Of a stretch of 64,000 nucleotides of DNA, positions 57,038 to 64,000 are shown one piece after another. The translations under genes and the position numbers were made by a program. The notes beneath the pieces are model-generated. The model saw nothing but the letters and a program-made list of their open reading frames with translations, searched no databases and was not told the origin of the DNA. Origin of the DNA: an uncultured Candidatus Saccharibacteria bacterium (GTDB taxonomy: Bacteria; Patescibacteriota; Minisyncoccia; Phycocordibacterales; UBA9973); the NCBI GenBank assembly GCA_964482735.1, contig CAYZYV010000001.1:80172-144171 (forward strand). Reading direction: 5' to 3'. Every line of letters begins with the position of its first letter. Position 1 is the stretch's first letter.

Positions 57038-57427
57038 CTACCACATCTTAAATAATACTTCTCCTCCGACCATTTCTTTTCTAGCTTCTTTGTCTGTCAA
57101 AATACCCTTAGGAGTAGAAAGAACTGTTATCCCTCGATAACCTCTTGTACCCTTTAAGTCTTTGATTCCTTTATAAACACGGCATGAAGACTTAGAAACC
57201 CTTTTTGTATCTTTTACTTTTGGTTCTCCATCTTCTTCGTAAGATAATTCCAATTCAATCACAGGGAAACCTTTTTTCATCTTTTTAGTTATATTCTTTA
57301 AATAACCTTCTCTGACTAGGCATTCTGCAATTGAATATTTTATATTTGAATGAGAAACAACCACAAGTTCGTGCCCTTTTAGGCTTGCGTTCTTGATCGT
57401 ATTTATCATGTTTGCAATTTGATCCAT
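57038..57427 (-). CDS. rpsH: 30S ribosomal protein S8
   Basis: DQIANM, STPKGIL, GGEVL. Confidence 0.95.
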   Translation of the reverse strand: MDQIANMINTIKNASLKGHELVVVSHSNIKYSIAECLVREGYLKNITKKMKKGFPVIELELSYEEDGEPKVKDTKRVSKSSCRVYKGIKDLKGTRGYRGITVLSTPKGILTDKEARKEMVGGEVLFKMW

Positions 57428-57546
57428 TCCGTTAGAAGTAAGTTCTAGTTCAGGACTTTAACCTACTGTATTTTAATTCTAAAATTGATAACTTAATTGT
57501 GATCCACTAATATTGTGACCGCAGTATTAGTAGCTTCCTTGTGTTT

Positions 57547-57732
57547 TTACCAAGAAGATTTTCTTACTCCTGGGAGCATACCTTCGTTAGCTAATTCTCT
57601 AAAACAAATTCTGCAAAGGCCAAAATCTCTCATGTAGCCATGAGCTCTTCCGCACTTAAAACAGCGATTCGTTTCTCGTGTGCTAAACTTAGACTTTTTC
57701 AAGTGTCTAGCTATAACTGATGTTTTTGCCAT
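57547..57732 (-). CDS. rpsN: 30S ribosomal protein S14 (Zn-binding type)
   Basis: [21 protein letters not shown]. Confidence 0.96.
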   Translation of the reverse strand: MAKTSVIARHLKKSKFSTRETNRCFKCGRAHGYMRDFGLCRICFRELANEGMLPGVRKSSW

Positions 57733-57904
57733 CCTAAATAAAAATTAAATATATTAATTAACTACCCTTCTGTTTAAAAGAGTAGATTACGACTTTAGTT
57801 AATAAAAATCACTCGCAGGTGATATCTCGTTTATTTTCTTACTTGTCTAAAAATCTTTATTTCTAGGCAAAAAAGGAGACAAACGGATCAAGACCTACTC
57901 AAAA

Positions 57905-57933
57905 ATACTAGCAAATAAAGCCTTTTTTGTCAA
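57905..57933 (-). promoter_or_regulatory. Sigma70 promoter inside the spc operon
   Basis: TTGACA-17-TAGTAT with extended TG, just downstream of the rplE terminator (57962-57989). Confidence 0.65.
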
Positions 57934-57999
57934 ACACAAGACCTAATTATTCAATAATAATAAAACCCAAGGCATTACCCTCGGGTTTTATCTTAGAAA

Positions 58000-58539
58000 T
58001 TATTTTTTGAATGGGATTCCAATCGTTGCAAAGAAATCAGTTGCTTCTTCTTTGTTTTTAGCTGTAGAAACCAAGGTGATAGCCATTCCAAAGACATCTC
58101 TCAACTCTTCGTCTCCTGTCTCAGGGAATATAGTGTGCTCTTTGATACTCATAGTTAGGTTACCGATATTATCAACAACTTTTTTGTCTATCCCTCTAAA
58201 GTCTTTTGTTCGAGGAATCGCTACGTTGATAAGTTTATCCAAGAATCCATACATGCGGGCTCCACGAAGGGTTACCATAACTCCAACAGGATCCCCTTGT
58301 CTTATCTTAAAGCTTGCTATAGATTTCTTGGCGCTTTTTACGGCTGGTTTTTGTCCTGTTATTTTTGCGATTCTATCTGTAACCAAGTCGTTATAGTCTT
58401 TGCTTCTCTTTAATCCCGAACCCGTACCACTGGAAACAACCACCTTTAACAATCGAGGTGCGGACATGACATTCTTGTAACCATACTTCTCTTTAAGAAT
58501 GCTGTATGATTTTTTTTCTTTTTGTTTTACTGTTTCCAT
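58000..58539 (-). CDS. rplE: 50S ribosomal protein L5
   Basis: ITGQKP, KSIASFKIR, VTLRG, DFRG. Confidence 0.96.
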   Translation of the reverse strand: METVKQKEKKSYSILKEKYGYKNVMSAPRLLKVVVSSGTGSGLKRSKDYNDLVTDRIAKITGQKPAVKSAKKSIASFKIRQGDPVGVMVTLRGARMYGFLDKLINVAIPRTKDFRGIDKKVVDNIGNLTMSIKEHTIFPETGDEELRDVFGMAITLVSTAKNKEEATDFFATIGIPFKK

Positions 58540-58560
58540 CTTTATAATTTAAAATTATTA

Positions 58561-58779
58561 TTAATCTTTTTTTGCTACGTTTGATACATCAATTGGCATC
58601 GCAACTTCTAGTATTTGGCTAGGATCTCCTTTTTTCTTCGATTTGTGTGCTTTCTTTCGAAGATTTACTCCTTCTACTATAACTTTATTTAAACTAGGAA
58701 GTGCTCGAACAACTTTTCCTTTCTTCCCCTTACTTGCTCCAGCAATAACTATTACATTGTCTCCTTTTTTGATTTTCAT
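58561..58779 (-). CDS. rplX: 50S ribosomal protein L24 (short)
   Basis: KIKKGDNVIVIAG KOW motif, VEGVN, PIDVSNV. Confidence 0.93.
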   Translation of the reverse strand: MKIKKGDNVIVIAGASKGKKGKVVRALPSLNKVIVEGVNLRKKAHKSKKKGDPSQILEVAMPIDVSNVAKKD

Positions 58780-58793
58780 ATTATTAAAAGAAA

Positions 58794-59165
58794 TTAAACA
58801 ACTTCTTGAGCTAATGAAATAATTTTTTGGTATCCTCTTTCTGCAAGTTCTCTAGGAATAGGACCAAACACACGACCTCCTTTAGGATCCATTTTACCTT
58901 TATCCAAAACAACAGCGGCATTATCATCAAATCTTATGTATGAACCGTCTTTTCGGCGAAAAGCTTTAACTGTACGAACGATTACGGCCTGACAAACATC
59001 TTTTTTCTTAACTGCCTTTCTAGGTTCTGCTATTTTGATGGAAAGGACAACCTTATCTCCAATTTTGGCATAACGCTTCTTGGAAGAACCAACAATCTTG
59101 AAAACCTTCCCGATTTTACCTCCGGCGTTGTCAACGATATTTACTATTGTTCCGTCTTGAATCAT
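58794..59165 (-). CDS. rplN: 50S ribosomal protein L14
   Basis: MIQ, DNAG, IRFDDNAAV, RVFGP. Confidence 0.96.
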   Translation of the reverse strand: MIQDGTIVNIVDNAGGKIGKVFKIVGSSKKRYAKIGDKVVLSIKIAEPRKAVKKKDVCQAVIVRTVKAFRRKDGSYIRFDDNAAVVLDKGKMDPKGGRVFGPIPRELAERGYQKIISLAQEVV

Positions 59166-59169
59166 ATAA

Positions 59170-59415
59170 TTATCCTATTATTTTAAATTTTTTATCCTTA
59201 GAAATTGGTTTTGTTTCTTCAATTTCTACTAGATCTCCGACTTTTTTAGCATTCAATTCATCATGGGCTTTGTAATTCTTGGTTTTCTTTATTCTCTTAC
59301 CGTATTTTTTGTGTTCAACAAATCTTGTAACTTTAACAACCACGGTCTTGTCCATTTTATCTGAAACAACAACTCCCTTTATTACTTTTTTTGAATTTTT
59401 TATTTGTTTTTCCAT
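59170..59415 (-). CDS. rpsQ: 30S ribosomal protein S17
   Basis: [23 protein letters not shown]. Confidence 0.96.
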   Translation of the reverse strand: MEKQIKNSKKVIKGVVVSDKMDKTVVVKVTRFVEHKKYGKRIKKTKNYKAHDELNAKKVGDLVEIEETKPISKDKKFKIIG

Positions 59416-59421
59416 AAAATT

Positions 59422-59838
59422 TTATCGTGCTACTACACGAGTACTTACTGGCAACTTTGTTCCAGCCTTTCGAAGAGCTTCTTTTGCTGTTGCTTCTGGA
59501 ACTCCATCCACTTCAAAAATAATACGACCTGGTCTTATGTACAAACAATATCCTTCTGGATCTCCCTTACCTTTACCCATACCTACATTTGCAGCTTTTT
59601 GAGTAAATGGTCTATCGGGAAAAATTCTAATCCACATCCTTCCTATTTTACCAATAGTTCTTGATGTTACCTTTCTAGCTGATTCTATTTGGTTAGATCT
59701 GATTCTACCTCCTGTGACGGCTTTTAGTCCAAAAGAACCAAAAGAAACATCTACGCCTCTAGTATCTGCGGAAGCCTTGGACATATCCTTACGTCCTGTT
59801 TGCCATTTTCTATATTTTACTTTCTTTGGAATTAACAT
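59422..59838 (-). CDS. rplP: 50S ribosomal protein L16
   Basis: PKKVKYRK, QIESAR, MGKGKG. Confidence 0.96.
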   Translation of the reverse strand: MLIPKKVKYRKWQTGRKDMSKASADTRGVDVSFGSFGLKAVTGGRIRSNQIESARKVTSRTIGKIGRMWIRIFPDRPFTQKAANVGMGKGKGDPEGYCLYIRPGRIIFEVDGVPEATAKEALRKAGTKLPVSTRVVAR

Positions 59839-59863
59839 AAGCTTTTTAGTATTATTCTATAAA

Positions 59864-60568
59864 TTATTGGCGGGCTTCTGAAAACGAACCTCGCTTGTTG
59901 TTTGCGACGTTATTGTTTTCTCGAAAAACTTCACCACGATAAATCCAGACCTTTATTCCTATATCTCCATAACTCATATGAGCTTTTTCTCTTGCAAAAT
60001 CAACATCAGCTCTGAAAGTTTGTAGGGGGATTGAACCTCTTTTGATTTGTTCACTCCTAGCAATTTCTGCCCCTGCTAATCTTCCTCCTAAATAAATACG
60101 AGCACCTTTTACTCCGCGAGTAGCTATAACTTTCTCTATCGCTTGCTTCATCACTCTTCTGTAAGGTAATCTCTTTTCTAGGCCTTCTGCAATAGAACAA
60201 GCAACAATAGCAGCATCTGCATCTGGGTTAACTACTTCTACTATATCCAATTTAAAATCTTCGGCAGTCTTAACTCCTTTCTTTATCAAAGCTTTCATCA
60301 TTTCAGCTTTTAGCTTGTTTACTCCGTCTCCACCTCTTCCAATAATCATTCCTGGTCTTGAGGTGTGAATTATAACCTTAGTTGCTTTTGCATTTCTTTC
60401 TATTTCAATTCTGGAAATATAAAAGCCTCTAAGTTTCTTAGTTAAAAACTCACGAATAATTACATCATTTTGCAATAAATTCTTGTATTTTTTATCAGCA
60501 AACCATCGTGATTTCCAATCACGTAGTGTTACCAATCTATGAGCGTATGGGTGAACTACTTTTGACAT
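59864..60568 (-). CDS. rpsC: 30S ribosomal protein S3
   Basis: RPGMIIGRGG, GRLAGAEIAR, GIKVWIY. Confidence 0.96.
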   Translation of the reverse strand: MSKVVHPYAHRLVTLRDWKSRWFADKKYKNLLQNDVIIREFLTKKLRGFYISRIEIERNAKATKVIIHTSRPGMIIGRGGDGVNKLKAEMMKALIKKGVKTAEDFKLDIVEVVNPDADAAIVACSIAEGLEKRLPYRRVMKQAIEKVIATRGVKGARIYLGGRLAGAEIARSEQIKRGSIPLQTFRADVDFAREKAHMSYGDIGIKVWIYRGEVFRENNNVANNKRGSFSEARQ

Positions 60569-60584
60569 AATATTTCAGTACTAA

Positions 60585-61049
60585 TTATTCGTTAGCAACC
60601 TTCTTTTTACTAGTTTTTTTCGACTTTGTATCTTTTTTAACAACTTTTTTCTTAGGTTCTTTAACTTCTGCTTTTTCTGCCTTCTCTTCCTTTACCGCTT
60701 CAACTTTCTTTGATTTTTTTGCAGACTTTTTCTCAGATAAACTAATCTCTACGTGGCTTGTTCTCTTGTTGATACGAGAAGCACTACCTCTAGCGCGAGG
60801 CATAATCCTCTTTAGAACAACACCTTTGTTAACTACCATGTTTTCTACTACCAAATCCTCTTCGTTTACTCCAAGATTCTTGGCATTAGAAATAGCTGAA
60901 ACTAATAATTTCTTTATTGGTAATGATGCCCTTTTTGGTAAATTATCAAGAATAATAAGAGCTTCGGCAACCCTCTTGCCTTTTATGAGTCCCGCTACAA
61001 GGGCAACCTTGCGAGGAGACTGTCTATAATTTTTTAAAAATGCTTTCAT
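60585..61049 (-). CDS. rplV: 50S ribosomal protein L22 with Lys-rich tail
   Basis: SPRKV, PRARG, KRTSH. Confidence 0.95.
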   Translation of the reverse strand: MKAFLKNYRQSPRKVALVAGLIKGKRVAEALIILDNLPKRASLPIKKLLVSAISNAKNLGVNEEDLVVENMVVNKGVVLKRIMPRARGSASRINKRTSHVEISLSEKKSAKKSKKVEAVKEEKAEKAEVKEPKKKVVKKDTKSKKTSKKKVANE

Positions 61050-61061
61050 ACTTTATTAATT

Positions 61062-61406
61062 TTACTTTTTCTTTGTATCAGTTGTACTTTTGGCGGCCTT
61101 GGCTGCAGCTATTTCTGCTTCTTTCTTCTTTGCTTCTAATTCTTTCTGCATCTTACCTCCGTGTCTAATGAACTTTCTTGTTGGTGAAAATTCTCCAAGT
61201 CGATGCCCTACCATATCTTCATTAACCAAAACTTCTATGTGATTCTTTCCATTGTGGACTCCAAAAACAAATCCAACCATTTCAGGAGATATAACACAAG
61301 CTCTTGACCATGTCTTAATAACCCCAGTTTCCAAGGGTTTCTTTCCGGCAATCTTTTGCAAAAGCCTTTCGTCTACATATGGACCTTTTTTAAGTGATCT
61401 TGTCAT
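61062..61406 (-). CDS. rpsS: 30S ribosomal protein S19 with Ala/Lys tail
   Basis: [25 protein letters not shown]. Confidence 0.96.
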   Translation of the reverse strand: MTRSLKKGPYVDERLLQKIAGKKPLETGVIKTWSRACVISPEMVGFVFGVHNGKNHIEVLVNEDMVGHRLGEFSPTRKFIRHGGKMQKELEAKKKEAEIAAAKAAKSTTDTKKK

Positions 61407-61476
61407 AATTAAATTAATAAGCTCATACTGAGCTCGTGAAGTCTATCTTAGCAGAAATAAAAATAAAGTCAAATAT

Positions 61477-61875
61477 TTATAGCAAAGCAATGACCTTTGG
61501 ACCAAAGATAAGTAGACCAACTAGTCCAGCTAAGAAACAGGCTAATAGAACCGCCCCTGCAGAAATATCTTTAATATCTTTTGCCATAGGATGATACCCT
61601 GGGCTTGTTAAATCAGTATCTACTTCTATTGCTGTATTTATTGTTTCCGTAATAATTACAAGAAGGGTAACGATCGCAATCAACGACCATTCAGTAGTGT
61701 TTAATTTTAGAACAAACCCTAAATATATAGCTAAAATCGCAAAAAAAACTTCTGCCCAAGCGTTATGAGTAGTCTTTAACATAATCCACAACCCTCTCCA
61801 AGCGTTATCAGAACTTCTTAATCTTGAAATTATAGAAAATTTCTTTTTTTCTGAAATTTTTTGATTTGATTCCAT
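61477..61875 (-). CDS. dgkA: Diacylglycerol/undecaprenol kinase family
   Basis: ETINTAIE, AKDIKDISAGAV, three TM. Confidence 0.85.
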   Translation of the reverse strand: MESNQKISEKKKFSIISRLRSSDNAWRGLWIMLKTTHNAWAEVFFAILAIYLGFVLKLNTTEWSLIAIVTLLVIITETINTAIEVDTDLTSPGYHPMAKDIKDISAGAVLLACFLAGLVGLLIFGPKVIALL

Positions 61876-61932
61876 ACGCTTATTATATACTAGTAAAAAT
61901 AAAAATAAAAATATTTTATTAATTCATCAATG

Positions 61933-63094
61933 CATCAAAAAATCCCCGATTGGGGGTTTTTTGATGATAGGTGATTAGTAATTAATCTTATATGTTAAGA
62001 CAGGTTCATCTAAAGCAGGAATGCTTGTTTCTAAAACCGAAAACCCCATAGGAACTAAAACTGTTTTGGTTACAGACATATCTTTGCCTTTCTTATCTTT
62101 ATAATTAAAAGTATAAGTGACTGAATATTCCCTGTCTGAATCAGACTCTAAATCATAAACTGCATCAAAAAGATCATCTGAATCAGTCATACCCAAAACA
62201 CCCATAAAAGATAAATCTAATTTATGCACAACGGCTGGTTTAATTTCAGAAGCTTTCTTGTCTGTATTATCAAGATATTTAAAATCAATTTCAACCACTC
62301 CGTCATCGGCTGATACTGAATCAATCATTGTTTTACCAGCGTCAACAGAGATAGTTTCCGAATAAACATTTTCTCTTTGTTCTGCCCCTGGATAAACTCC
62401 TGTATTTTTATAAGCAATAGTATACTGGATGGTTGCTGGTATCTCCGTATCAGCAATTATCCACAAAGGTTGACCACTGGTTCCAGGTACTGACCAACCG
62501 TTGCTTGGTTTAGTGTATAATTTCACCCTTCCTGTTTTGTCACTATTAGAATCTATATATGTTACAGAACGAATCGTGCTTTGAGTTTTGTCTTCTTTGA
62601 CTGTATCTATCTCGTCTGTTTTTGTTTTATCTGTACTTTTGTCTTCATCTTGTGGAGAATTTTTTTTGGCTGTTATGGAAGGTTCTTCTGTGGGCACTGG
62701 CAATACATCTTTATCTTCAACACTCTCTATTGCATCTTCCTGAACTATTTTTGAGTTAAAATTCAACAATATTTTGATATCTTTTTTAAAACAGAATACA
62801 CATATTAATATAATTATAAAAATACCAGAGCAAATAATTATTTTCACAAAACTCTTTTTACTCTTTTGAGGCAGCCCTTGTTGCCCTTCTAAAAACATGA
62901 AGCCTTCATTGATATCATCATTCGTCCAGCCTGCAGACAAAAGTTTTTGAGTGATATCTTCTTTTAAAGAACCTAATTCTTTTTGTGTTTTAATAAAATT
63001 TATGAGATCTTGATTAATCATATACATGTATTGTAACACAATTTTTTATCTTCGGACATCAAAAAATCCCCGATTGGGGATTTTTTGATGATAG
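61933..63094. repeat. 38-bp terminator-like direct repeat flanking an inserted gene
   Basis: catcaaaaaatccccgattgggg(g/a)ttttttgatgatag at 61933-61970 and 63057-63094. Confidence 0.8.
61975..63039 (-). CDS. Single-TM hypothetical surface protein
   Basis: N-terminal helical motif LINFIK..LLSAGW..DI, TM, low-complexity linker, beta-rich ectodomain; start likely 63021. Confidence 0.7.
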   Translation of the reverse strand: MLQYMYMINQDLINFIKTQKELGSLKEDITQKLLSAGWTNDDINEGFMFLEGQQGLPQKSKKSFVKIIICSGIFIIILICVFCFKKDIKILLNFNSKIVQEDAIESVEDKDVLPVPTEEPSITAKKNSPQDEDKSTDKTKTDEIDTVKEDKTQSTIRSVTYIDSNSDKTGRVKLYTKPSNGWSVPGTSGQPLWIIADTEIPATIQYTIAYKNTGVYPGAEQRENVYSETISVDAGKTMIDSVSADDGVVEIDFKYLDNTDKKASEIKPAVVHKLDLSFMGVLGMTDSDDLFDAVYDLESDSDREYSVTYTFNYKDKKGKDMSVTKTVLVPMGFSVLETSIPALDEPVLTYKINY

Positions 63095-63122
63095 AGATTT
63101 TTCAAATCTATTTTTTTCTTGC

Positions 63123-63199
63123 CCTGCCCGCAATGCTTTCGCATAGGCGATGCAAGCGGGCCTGCCCGCAATGCCTAAAGCATAGCTTTTGCAGGCGGG
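63123..63199. repeat. Two tandem CCTGCCCGC...GC(A/G)GCGGG palindromic repeats
   Basis: 63123-63160 and 63161-63199; same family as 5720-5758. Confidence 0.85.
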
Positions 63200-63236
63200 C
63201 CACCTTTCAATAAGTATTTTCTTGTATGAATCTTTC

Positions 63237-64000
63237 TTATTTGCCTCCTTTTCTAGTTTTACCTACACGGCGGCGAGAAACAATCCACATGTTTGAATAC
63301 TTCTTTGGTGTTCTTGTCTTTTGACCCTTTCCGGTTGGTTTACCCCACAAGCTTTTAGCTCTTCGGATACCCCTACCTTGTCGTCCTTCACCTCCACCAT
63401 GTGGGTGGTCTACAGGGTTCATCGCTGTACCTCTGACTGTTGGACGAATTCCTTTCCATCTGGATCTCCCAGCTTTACCAAAATTCTGAAGTTTGTATTC
63501 TGCGTTTGAAACTTCTCCAATTGAAGCCCATGCATTCTCAGAAATTTTTCTGATTTCTGTTGAAGGCATTTTTACGTTCGCATAGCCTAAGTCATTTGCG
63601 ACAACTTGTCCATAAGCTCCGGCAGATCTAACTAACTTAGCTCCATTACCTGGCTTAATTTCAACGTTGTAAACGAATGTTCCTACTGGTATCAATTTCA
63701 ATGGCAATCTATTTCCTACAGTAACTGGAGCCTTTTCTGAAACAACAAACGTATCTCCAACCTTTACTGTCTTAGGAACAACTACATATCTCTTTTCTCC
63801 ATCTTTATAGACAGCTAAGCCTATAAATGCATTACGATTTGGATCATATTCAATTGAAGTAATTTTTGCAGGAATTTCATATTTATTGTATTTGAAATCA
63901 ACAATACGATATGATCTCTTGTGTCCACCACCTTTATGTCTAGTGGTAATTCTTCCTTGATTATTTCTTCCAACTGATCTCTTGAAACCCTTAGTCAATG
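63237..64000 (-). CDS. rplB: 50S ribosomal protein L2 (5' end outside window)
   Basis: GRNNQGRIT, IEYDPNR, AMNPVDHPHGGGEG. Confidence 0.97.
   Translation of the reverse strand, partial: LTKGFKRSVGRNNQGRITTRHKGGGHKRSYRIVDFKYNKYEIPAKITSIEYDPNRNAFIGLAVYKDGEKRYVVVPKTVKVGDTFVVSEKAPVTVGNRLPLKLIPVGTFVYNVEIKPGNGAKLVRSAGAYGQVVANDLGYANVKMPSTEIRKISENAWASIGEVSNAEYKLQNFGKAGRSRWKGIRPTVRGTAMNPVDHPHGGGEGRQGRGIRRAKSLWGKPTGKGQKTRTPKKYSNMWIVSRRRVGKTRKGGK

Noticed and set aside
1-64000. Alternative genetic code (UGA=Gly)
   Set aside because: Conserved genes are full length under code 11 and RF2 with SPF/GGQ is present

Overview
AT-rich chromosomal window from a reduced-genome bacterium, most consistent with Patescibacteria/CPR (Parcubacteria-like): no rpmD/L30 at its usual place, a full type IV pilus/competence locus, a VirB4/TraG-like ATPase, PaaX/Cas2-like regulators, and many genes with a -10 box just before the ATG. 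Core content: pyrG, ftsEX, a short prfB, gatAC, ligA, recG, ftsH, smpB plus tmRNA, infC-rpmI-rplT, ndk, map, pyrH, adk, secY, part of the S10/spc operons, eight intact tRNAs (including tRNA-Ile with a UAU anticodon) and a probable 6S RNA. Main non-routine signals: (1) a family of modular nested-hairpin elements whose terminal inverted arms are copies of the host target. They occur at the 3' ends of tRNA-Asp, tRNA-Ser and tmRNA, in-frame inside recG and ligA, and upstream of ackA. (2) An orphan type IV pilin fused to a C-type-lectin/DUF1566-like domain whose last 46 codons look like a DGR variable region; no TR or RT was seen in the window. (3) A radical-SAM gene followed by an unannotated, internally duplicated Lys/Pro-rich peptide ORF. 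(4) Two PaaX-like genes, each bracketed by its own palindrome pair. (5) A shortened prfB whose ATG overlaps a tRNA CCA end and which is the only gene I found ending in UGA. All calls come from manual reading and motif recall; no searches were run.
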